64,000 nucleotides of DNA from IMG/VR virus record IMGVR_UViG_3300026522_000002, positions 36,575-100,574 of that record; one strand, 5' to 3'. Below the pieces are notes generated by a model, which searched no databases, had not been told where the DNA came from, and saw nothing but the letters and a program-made list of their open reading frames with translations. Of this stretch, positions 7,204-14,529 are shown piece by piece. Position numbers and translations under genes: made by a program. This stretch comes from a virus. Taxonomy: Duplodnaviria; Caudoviricetes. The first letter of the stretch is position 1, and every line of letters begins with the position of its first letter.

Positions 7204-7401
7204 CTATAAAGAAATGTTATTCTCTTTGAGAATACTGCATACAATTTGACCATATATCTCATCAGTTGTGGCGTTGATTCGACGTATGGCTGCAAATGAA
7301 TCATTCAATCTATCTGGAGAAAGATAAGATGGAACTTCACCTGCTTCTTCTGCTCGCTGATATTCAGCAAACATCCGACTTGCTTCTTTTGATAGTTTCA
7401 T
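7204..7401 (-). CDS. Hypothetical protein
   Basis: 65 aa to TAG; would extend to TGA at 7159 if TAG were read through. Confidence 0.7.
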   Translation of the reverse strand: MKLSKEASRMFAEYQRAEEAGEVPSYLSPDRLNDSFAAIRRINATTDEIYGQIVCSILKENNISL

Positions 7402-7626
7402 GTTGTTGATAGATGTTAATTAACTCTAAATGTTGCCGTGACCTTTCTTATTCCGAGCTGTCAACCCATTTGAGGCTGTGGTTCACCCCAGGTTTATCTC
7501 AACCTGATTTAGTATTCGATTCCCCAAATAATGTAATTGAAGAATGGCGTTAGGACTTTGCAAGCCATCACCAATATGATGGCACCTGCGATTAGCGTGA
7601 TTAATGCTAACCACAGGTTAATTTTG

Positions 7627-7971
7627 TCATTTGTGGTCAATGTTGGTTTCATAAGCCTTTTGGTTAATCATTTTCCCAATTTCTGGGAGATATCGATTAT
7701 ATTCTCGCCCTGTCTTTTGAGACGTAACCTTAATATAGGCTTTCCCTGTTTTAGAGAGATAGATGGGATAAGTTTCACCTTTCTTCGTTTTGTACGAGTA
7801 TTCGGTTTTTGTTCCCGCGTTAGACTGTCTGGCCTTGCTATTACTGACATTGTCAGTGAAGGTCTTACCAACTAAGACATATTTAGCCGTGTCTTTAGCG
7901 GCCTCCTGTGCAAAACTTGGAATACACAGGGTGAGCATCATGATGATGCTGAAGATCAATTTTTTACACAT
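7627..7971 (-). CDS. Putative secreted/periplasmic protein
   Basis: Signal peptide (…PSFA^QE); YPIYLSKTGKAYI...SQKTGREY. Confidence 0.8.
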   Translation of the reverse strand: MCKKLIFSIIMMLTLCIPSFAQEAAKDTAKYVLVGKTFTDNVSNSKARQSNAGTKTEYSYKTKKGETYPIYLSKTGKAYIKVTSQKTGREYNRYLPEIGKMINQKAYETNIDHK

Positions 7972-8243
7972 AGTGGATTTATTCTTATGAATTGTGGAAA
8001 TGAATCTTCTCTTATTAATTTACGACACGCTTCTGCATCGTGTTGTATTTTTCCTGGAAGTCCATATTCTGTTGGATTTTCTCTACTTTGGATACATAAA
8101 TATGGATGATCTGGATCTTTTATAAGATGAAATAATATACATCCTATACATCCACCATTTTCTCCTCCGCTTGGAATACCTTTTTTTATTCTATAAGTAT
8201 ATTTCCCAAATGTAACTAATTGACCTGGTTTGTATTTAGTCAT
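7956..8243 (-). CDS. Small Cys-rich protein, KPGQL family
   Basis: MTKYKPGQLVTFGKYTYRIKK...CIGC...C...C. Confidence 0.8.
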   Translation of the reverse strand: MTKYKPGQLVTFGKYTYRIKKGIPSGGENGGCIGCILFHLIKDPDHPYLCIQSRENPTEYGLPGKIQHDAEACRKLIREDSFPQFIRINPLCVKN

Positions 8244-8390
8244 ATGTTGTTTGAATTGATTTCAATGTGAATTGTCAAAATCCTTCGGTCAGGGGACTAC
8301 GCATCACCCCCGATGTAGCATACGCATTGCTTTTGCATAATATACCCTATGCCTGGATTATTTTGTTCCGTGAAACAAACTAAATAAAAT

Positions 8391-8428
8391 GGCACAACGT
8401 GCCCACCATTGAGGTGGGACACGTGTGC
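8391..8428 (-). terminator. Terminator-like hairpin
   Basis: GCAC-ACGTG-CCCACC ... GGTGGG-CACGT-GTGC hairpin followed by a T-rich tract on the minus strand, just after the 8441..9115 gene. Confidence 0.6.
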
Positions 8429-8440
8429 AAATTTACGAGA

Positions 8441-9115
8441 TTAGCTCTGACCTGCTGCTGCGAGGATAGCACGTGCTTTTGCAATCTCATCCTCTGGATT
8501 GACAGTTGGAGCTTCTGCTGGTGCCTCTGGAGCTGCTTGTGCTTCAACGCCTGGTGTAGGCGGATTGTACTGTTTGTAGTTGCGTGAAATCACATCGCGC
8601 ATAACATCTTCTGGCTCTCGCACCCAAACCCATTGTTGTGCAGGGTCTTGGATTTCTGCGTCGAAGCGCTTTTTGATGTACAGTGTGATTGTGTTCACAG
8701 GTACAATCTCTCCTTGGTCAGACTTGACGAATTCACCCTTCTTTGCCACGAGTTGACCATTGACGATGCGGTCTGATTTATGAACTCGCGCATAATACCC
8801 TGGCAGTGGAACTTTGACAGAGAAGATGTGGTCAATGTGCGTGAGGTCAAATATTTCACCTTTGGTTATGGCCTCTTTGAGTTTTGCTTCATCAATGGTG
8901 TACACCTTTTGCTCTGTAGACGTTCTTGTCTGGTCAAGCTTTGTGTAAGGCATCCACAATTTGACTACATCTTCTGATGTGTTGTAGTACACTGGTAGAG
9001 GGTCTGGGTTTGCGTATGGGTCTGCATCGAAGAACAGATTTGCAAACAGCCAACGGTAGTCACCTACTTTGTTGGTTCTCTCGTAAATTGTTACATTTTT
9101 CAATAAATAGCGCAT
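8441..9115 (-). CDS. Hypothetical early protein
   Basis: 224-aa ORF with a Pro/Ala-rich C-terminal linker. Confidence 0.85.
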   Translation of the reverse strand: MRYLLKNVTIYERTNKVGDYRWLFANLFFDADPYANPDPLPVYYNTSEDVVKLWMPYTKLDQTRTSTEQKVYTIDEAKLKEAITKGEIFDLTHIDHIFSVKVPLPGYYARVHKSDRIVNGQLVAKKGEFVKSDQGEIVPVNTITLYIKKRFDAEIQDPAQQWVWVREPEDVMRDVISRNYKQYNPPTPGVEAQAAPEAPAEAPTVNPEDEIAKARAILAAAGQS

Positions 9116-9371
9116 AGTTGTAATGTATTTAGTTTGTTAAACAATGTTTCAAATGCTGATAGGCTATATCTTAAATGCAACTGCTCGGTTTGCATCATGA
9201 GCTGGATGGAAATGTGGGGAATAGCTTGGACTCACCCCACTATGGACACTGTTCGCACTGCCTGTCCTTTGGACGGTTCATTTGTCTTGTGCTCGCTCCT
9301 GCCTCACCGACAACGTCAGGAACAATAATATAAAGAGATGAATAAATATAATCATCTCAACGCCTAACAGA

Positions 9372-9466
9372 AGAAACATTTGCACGTCAAAAACACCCTT
9401 AAATGATATCAAACGTCTGACGAGAAACATTTGCACGTCAAAGAGAATCTATTTTGATATCAAACG
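9372..9466 (-). promoter_or_regulatory. Tandem 51-bp bipartite motif (candidate early promoter/operator)
   Basis: AGAAACATTTGCACGTCAAA-N12-TGATATCAAACG occurs twice; a partial third copy is at 9862-9879. Confidence 0.55.
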
Positions 9467-9492
9467 ATTAAGAAGAGCTAAGAGAGCATGTT

Positions 9493-9609
9493 CTAAGACA
9501 TGCCCTCTTTTGCCATTTCTCTAAACACTCTTCGCATTCTTTCGTCTGCGTCTTCAAGAGCATCAATGAACTCATTTTGCTCTTTTGTAAGGTTTTCTTC
9601 GTGTATCAT
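9493..9609 (-). CDS. 38-aa hypothetical early protein
   Basis: MIHEENLTKEQNEFIDALEDADERMRRVFREMAKEGMS; AATCAATATG leader; TAG stop sits in a hairpin loop. Confidence 0.6.
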   Translation of the reverse strand: MIHEENLTKEQNEFIDALEDADERMRRVFREMAKEGMS

Positions 9610-9899
9610 ATTGATTATGTATTAATTGCAACAATTACTAGAAGCAATATAAAAAGAAATAGGAAGCCTACCTGCAGATAGGCCTCCCTGAGTATATCGC
9701 CACGTCTTCTTGAGGGTTTCATCCAGACACATGAATTGGCTGCTAGAGGTCCTATACGAATAGCTATTAAATATGCCAGCTCTGTGATGTTCTCAAGTTG
9801 TCCGTTGGGTCGATAGCATCAAGTGGTGTCAAAGACATATGATGCAACATTTACCAGAAGTAACATATGCACGTCAAAAGGAACAAAAGAAGCACAATC

Positions 9900-10109
9900 C
9901 TAAGACTGTGCTCCTTCTGGTGAATCAGCTACAAAGACTCTTTCCTGCATGAAGGAGACAATTGCTCCTGGATGCTTGGTGAGCCAATCTTTGTAGGCTG
10001 CAAAGACCTGTTCAATGGTGTCATAGAGTGGCGAATGATGCCACTTCTGCCAATTCTGCTTGTCGCGAATGGCTAAGCGGTGTTTGTAGACGTACATATA
10101 AAACAGCAA
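9900..10109 (-). CDS. Hypothetical early protein
   Basis: About 69 aa, start uncertain; TAG stop sits in the loop of a terminator hairpin. Confidence 0.65.
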   Translation of the reverse strand: MLFYMYVYKHRLAIRDKQNWQKWHHSPLYDTIEQVFAAYKDWLTKHPGAIVSFMQERVFVADSPEGAQS

Positions 10110-10179
10110 TGATGTGACATTGCAACAACTAAAAGGAGCAACTTTTGCAAGTCATAAGGCTGTACTGTGACAGCCAGGC

Positions 10180-10347
10180 TTATGCCTGGTCTGCCACAAA
10201 TACTGCAAAGTGTGTCTCAGCCTCTACAAACTCCTGCTGTCTGTTGAGGATGGCTGCATACTGACGAGCGTCTTCGAGCGTATCGAAGAACTCTTCGATG
10301 GAAGGTGATGCGTACTTCCACATCTTGATGACTACATACTGTCTCAT
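10180..10347 (-). CDS. 55-aa hypothetical early protein
   Basis: MRQYVVIKMWKYASPSIEEFFDTLEDARQYAAILN...; below the ORF-track cutoff. Confidence 0.7.
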   Translation of the reverse strand: MRQYVVIKMWKYASPSIEEFFDTLEDARQYAAILNRQQEFVEAETHFAVFVADQA

Positions 10348-10739
10348 GAGATAATTGGCAGTTGATATGACAACTGCGACAGATAGAAGAAGAATGCTTT
10401 GCAGGTCAAAGGCTTGGCGGGGGTATCTTCCCTCGCGACGATTGGGTGGGGGTCGGTTTTAGGGAGTTTCTCGTTTTTGTATATACAATACAGTTTCTCG
10501 TTTTTACGCACATAATACAACTTTTCAGAAAAAATAAAAAATTTTTATTTTCACCGTTTGCTTGCAAATGTTTGTGTTTTACGCAGTAAAATGTAAAAAT
10601 TTTAGGGACCCTCATTTCCGAGAATCCCTATTAGAAGTAGCGCATATTACATCTACGGCTACCATTATACACGAAACTAAGAGGAAAAGGCCCATTATTA
10701 GATCTTCCCCTCTTAGCTCTGAAATATTCTACATTGTTT

Positions 10740-10955
10740 TTATTTTTTATCCAATTCTTTGTATAAATCTATAAATCGTTGTCTTGCTTTTTCGTCTTTT
10801 ATAGGTTCAAATACATAATCCCAGTCTCTAGAACCGCTTTTATATCGTTCATACAATGCTCTTCCTTCATCCTCAGGGATTATTCTATTACCCTCATATG
10901 GGGATGGTTGTACGAGTTCTAGCATTACTAGGTTTCTTATACTTTCATTGTCCAT
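10740..10955 (-). CDS. Hypothetical protein
   Basis: 71-aa ORF. Confidence 0.65.
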   Translation of the reverse strand: MDNESIRNLVMLELVQPSPYEGNRIIPEDEGRALYERYKSGSRDWDYVFEPIKDEKARQRFIDLYKELDKK

Positions 10956-11092
10956 AAAGTTATAAAATTGTTGTACAAATTACGTGATTTCCTATGACGC
11001 GGAATTTACATCCTTTGCTAATCATTTCAACGGTGTTTTTTAAGAATTCCAATTGGAAGAATTTACACTCTTTAAATAGATATCCGCTCATG

Positions 11093-11518
11093 TTAAGCTG
11101 CCTCCTTTACTTCTGGTTTAACTTCTTCAAACTGTACATAAGTGTCTGGTTCATAGTTAGTTTCACGTTCTACAAGTTGTTCAGAATCAGCCTCTTTTAG
11201 CGCCTTTTCCACCTCTTCTAGGGTTGTCTTTTCTGCCATTGTAGAACCTTCAGGATTAGCCTCTTTTTGGAGCTTAGAAAGCTTGTTTATGAGGTAACTT
11301 GGGTTCTTTCTATACTGCTCAGAGAGCACAGAAAACACGTTATTTAGGCTTTGCGGATCCTTCACATTACCATTTTCATCCTTGTCTTTTGCAAGTTTGT
11401 CTACTAGATCTTCTAACTCGTTAATTGTGTATTTTTTAAGCTTTCCATCATCGCCTACATGGCGTATGAGATTGCCTTCCTTATCGTAAATATTAGCGTA
11501 TTTGTTAATTTTTCCCAT
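11093..11518 (-). CDS. Hypothetical protein
   Basis: 141-aa ORF ending KEAA. Confidence 0.8.
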   Translation of the reverse strand: MGKINKYANIYDKEGNLIRHVGDDGKLKKYTINELEDLVDKLAKDKDENGNVKDPQSLNNVFSVLSEQYRKNPSYLINKLSKLQKEANPEGSTMAEKTTLEEVEKALKEADSEQLVERETNYEPDTYVQFEEVKPEVKEAA

Positions 11519-11596
11519 AATTTACGTGTTTATGAAATAAACCTTCTATTGTGTATTTGTGCCTGTTTTAGACGCTCTAAAGCGTTCATATAGGCC

Positions 11597-12109
11597 TCAT
11601 TTTTTAGGAGATTTATGAGTGTATGACACTCTTGGGTCTGTATTTGTACCATATTCTGCGTGTGCTACGTATCTTGAGCACTGTGTTCGTTTGGGGTCTC
11701 CTTTTTCATCGATTTCTAAGTGAGTATAAACTTGATTATTTATCCACTTTTCGTACTATTTTATTGCTTCATTCTTCTCAAATTTGCTGCTATAGTAGTG
11801 GATGCAATTTAACATCTAATATGCATTAATAACACCTAAAGCAGCTAAATTACAGATATCTTTTACGTAAGATATAGCTCCTTCCTTACCAAATTTATCC
11901 TTTATTTGGTTATACTCTTTGTAGGACTATACGTAATAAGGGTTTTCTTCGTCATAGAAGGGCTATAGGTCTACTATATATGCGGAGTTTATAGGACTAC
12001 CATAGATAAAGTAGTACTTACAATTATCTGTTACAGTCTTACTTTCTTCTTTAAGACTTAAGTAATCAGCATAGTATAATATAGCATTTAGTTCTATTAT
12101 ATCTAACAT
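11597..12109 (-). CDS. Hypothetical protein (TAG-recoded, 170 aa)
   Basis: MLDIIELNAILYYADYLSLK...; open to TGA with 4 in-frame TAGs; absent from the ORF track. Confidence 0.8.
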
Positions 12110-12221
12110 GTTGTTCTACTAATTCTGAATAGCTATAGAGTAGCTATATATAATATAATATATATTTTCTTTGTCTTACTTTCTTTTATGTCAGTTTTTG
12201 AGCTGCTTTAAAGTACTAATA

Positions 12222-12280
12222 TAACGTAAAATATACTTTTTTTGTTGCACTTGCAACCCTTTTTATATCTTTTTACGTTA
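12222..12280. promoter_or_regulatory. Divergent pair of putative late promoters GCAAC-N17/18-CGTTA
   Basis: TAACG(12222)...GTTGC(12248) and GCAAC(12253)...CGTTA(12280) lie back to back exactly at the strand switch. Confidence 0.65.
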
Positions 12281-12313
12281 AGGGGGTGTTGTAATTAAAA
12301 ATTTATACACAAA

Positions 12314-12724
12314 ATGAGCAAGACTTTAAAGGTAATTACCCCGTTCTTTACACTTGGTATCGGGGATATATTAGAGCTCTCGGATGACGGGAACTTCTAC
12401 GAATTCAAACAAGAAGAGAAGTTCGGACAGAATACAGTCGACGGCGGTGATTATGAATCATTGTTTAGCACATCGCTGAGTATTTCTGTAGATCATGCGA
12501 AGGAGCTTATTAAAGAGGGCTACCTTTCAGAGGAAGTTGTTGCACAAGACAAGTTTGTCAACGTTTTTGATGAAATCGATGCTCTCTTGAAACAATATAA
12601 TCACGACCTTGACGAAGTTAATCAAGACAAAGCAGAAGTTCCAGCTTGTCTTAAAGTTGAGAAAACAACTGTATTGAGTAACCTCATTAAGGTGTTAACA
12701 CACTTAAAGAATCTCAAGAAATAA
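12314..12724 (+). CDS. Hypothetical protein
   Basis: 136-aa ORF, first gene of the rightward operon. Confidence 0.85.
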   Translation: MSKTLKVITPFFTLGIGDILELSDDGNFYEFKQEEKFGQNTVDGGDYESLFSTSLSISVDHAKELIKEGYLSEEVVAQDKFVNVFDEIDALLKQYNHDLDEVNQDKAEVPACLKVEKTTVLSNLIKVLTHLKNLKK

Positions 12725-12725
12725 T

Positions 12726-13148
12726 ATGGGAGAAGAAAAGATTATTGATCAATCGAAGTTGGCAAACGATGTTGCGAGCAAGATTCCTTACGAATTTACA
12801 GACTCATTCCTTGTTAAACTTCTGGATCCGATCAAAGTGAAGAAAGAGTTTCACGTTCCAGTTTCAAAAGATGAAACCCCAAAGAAAGATGAACACGGAA
12901 TTGCAGCGGTTGATTTCGATGAAACTAAGACAGAAACCAAAGAGGTAGACTCAGACTACAGAAAAGGTGTAGTTTTGAAGGTCCCTTATAGTTACACAGC
13001 ACAACTCTCAGACGAGAAGATTACATATGTTCCCAAGATTAACGTTGGAGATATAGTACTGTTTAGGGACGCTGCCGCACGATTCTTCGATCTTCTTAAA
13101 GATAGCAAACTTGTTAGACAATACGACATTATAGCAATCGAGAAGTGA
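12726..13148 (+). CDS. GroES-like co-chaperonin
   Basis: LVK...KGVVLKV...INVGDIVLF...LVRQYDIIAI matches the cpn10 beta-strand pattern. Confidence 0.7.
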   Translation: MGEEKIIDQSKLANDVASKIPYEFTDSFLVKLLDPIKVKKEFHVPVSKDETPKKDEHGIAAVDFDETKTETKEVDSDYRKGVVLKVPYSYTAQLSDEKITYVPKINVGDIVLFRDAAARFFDLLKDSKLVRQYDIIAIEK

Positions 13149-13363
13149 AAGATATCGAATATGTGATAAAAGAGGTTTCTAAGCGAACAGGCGCTGATAT
13201 AGAACTTGTAGATCAGATATGCAAACATGTGTTCAGATTTACAATAGATGTCATGAAAGACGAAAATGACTATCATGAAATACTGTTCAGTAAGTTGTTC
13301 AAATTCAAACTTAAAGGTAGATTTAAAGAAGATAAAACTAAACAATACAGTCCAAAGTTATGA
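13145..13363 (+). CDS. HU/IHF-like small DNA-binding protein
   Basis: IKEVSKRTG...V..I...F.F.I..M...I.F..LFKF fits an HU-like N-terminal fold. Confidence 0.55.
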   Translation: MKDIEYVIKEVSKRTGADIELVDQICKHVFRFTIDVMKDENDYHEILFSKLFKFKLKGRFKEDKTKQYSPKL

Positions 13364-13728
13364 ACAAATACATGATTAGAGAAGGTCTTCGCGGTTTATA
13401 CTATCTTGGCGAAGATGGAGAAATGGATGTGCAAGATTATACTCCTAGTCGTATAAACTACATGTACGTTGCAGATCATGACGGCAAGCTTACATACATT
13501 AAGCGAGACAATAGTAAAACCGAATTCGACGTTAAGAAGGGAGACCTTGTTTTGGAGTTCTATTCTGGATACGACTTTCCAAATCAGTGTATCGTCGTAC
13601 AAAGCGATCTCTGGAGAAACAACCTTGCGGCATACCAACTGGCGTGTTTAAAGCGAGCACAAAACAGTGTAACAAAAGAATGTTGTGATCAATGCGAGGC
13701 AAGTTCTACTTGTAATGGTGCAGCATGA
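13360..13728 (+). CDS. Hypothetical protein
   Basis: 122 aa, Cys-rich C-terminus ending AA. Confidence 0.8.
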   Translation: MNKYMIREGLRGLYYLGEDGEMDVQDYTPSRINYMYVADHDGKLTYIKRDNSKTEFDVKKGDLVLEFYSGYDFPNQCIVVQSDLWRNNLAAYQLACLKRAQNSVTKECCDQCEASSTCNGAA

Positions 13729-13774
13729 GATGAACGTGAGTATACTTGGGAAGTAATAATAAATAATTAAAACT

Positions 13775-14095
13775 ATGACAAAGAAGACTAAGAAGCCAGC
13801 ATTTAAGCCTGCGTTTGTAGCAGATTTTACGTGGTGCGAAACTGCTGAGGATGCATACGAAGAGTTGCTTACCGCAAAGTATGAGGCAAAGGTTCCTCTT
13901 ACTAATTATGAAGTAGGTAAGTTCTGTGAATACAAAATCGTTCAAGCATTGGATCAGTTTGTAGACGATCTGTTTGACGGTCACAATGCAGTCGTAATTG
14001 ACGATGATAAAGTTAAAGCATTTGATGCGTTTAAGGTAACAGTCAAGCAGCCTTGGTATAAGAGGCTTTGGAACTGGATTACGCGTAAGAAGTAA
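13775..14095 (+). CDS. Hypothetical protein
   Basis: 106 aa with amphipathic PWYKRLWNWITRKK tail. Confidence 0.8.
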   Translation: MTKKTKKPAFKPAFVADFTWCETAEDAYEELLTAKYEAKVPLTNYEVGKFCEYKIVQALDQFVDDLFDGHNAVVIDDDKVKAFDAFKVTVKQPWYKRLWNWITRKK

Positions 14096-14214
14096 TAAGT
14101 AACTGTTTTACAGTTCAGTAAAAACTGTGATTTTACGTTCATAATCTATAGGGTGGAAACGCGCAGATGTCTGCCTTTGGGTTCGAAAGAACTAAATGTG
14201 TGACCGCCCTATAT

Positions 14215-14303
14215 GCGAGGGAAGCTGAAACTTGGAGACTCAGCAGCTACAGCCGATAATCTGTGGGAGTAGAAGTTTGTTGGTTCGAATCCAACCCCTC
14301 GCG
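14215..14303 (+). tRNA. Atypical tRNA (GAT/Ile-like anticodon, 8-nt loop)
   Basis: GCGAGGG/CCCTCGC acceptor, GCTG/CAGC D stem, TACAG CCGATAAT CTGTG, GTTGG TTCGAAT CCAAC. Confidence 0.6.
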
Positions 14304-14432
14304 CTATCACCCTACGATGAAATAGGCGTAGGCTCGTGTCGAAAGACACTTACAGTCGGAGGTCAGCCTTGAAACTCTATCCCGACTATAACAAAGAGGG
14401 CCCAATACAGCTTATACGTGCTGTGAACGTAT

Positions 14433-14507
14433 TGCTCCATGGTGTAGCGGTAGCACGGGAGGCTCTAACCCTCCAGGTCCGGGTTCGACTCGATGGTGGG
14501 GCGACCA
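14433..14507 (+). tRNA. Amber suppressor tRNA (anticodon CTA), Gln-type body
   Basis: TGCTCCA TG GTGT AGCGGTA GCAC G GGAGG CT-CTA-AC CCTCC AGGT CCGGG TTCGACT CGATGG TGGGGCG A CCA. Confidence 0.92.
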
Positions 14508-14529
14508 ATAACTTAAACATAAGTATAAA

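Noticed and set aside
7425-7530. Structured intergenic leader as a known riboswitch
   Set aside because: Several hairpins are present but I recognise no riboswitch consensus.
878-8317. Shared 11-mer CCCCCGATGTA at 878 and 8307
   Set aside because: 11-mer matches are expected by chance in 64 kb, and the flanks differ.
9372-9466. Mini CRISPR array
   Set aside because: Only two bipartite units with 12- and 7-nt variable parts; no spacer-sized unique sequences and no cas genes.
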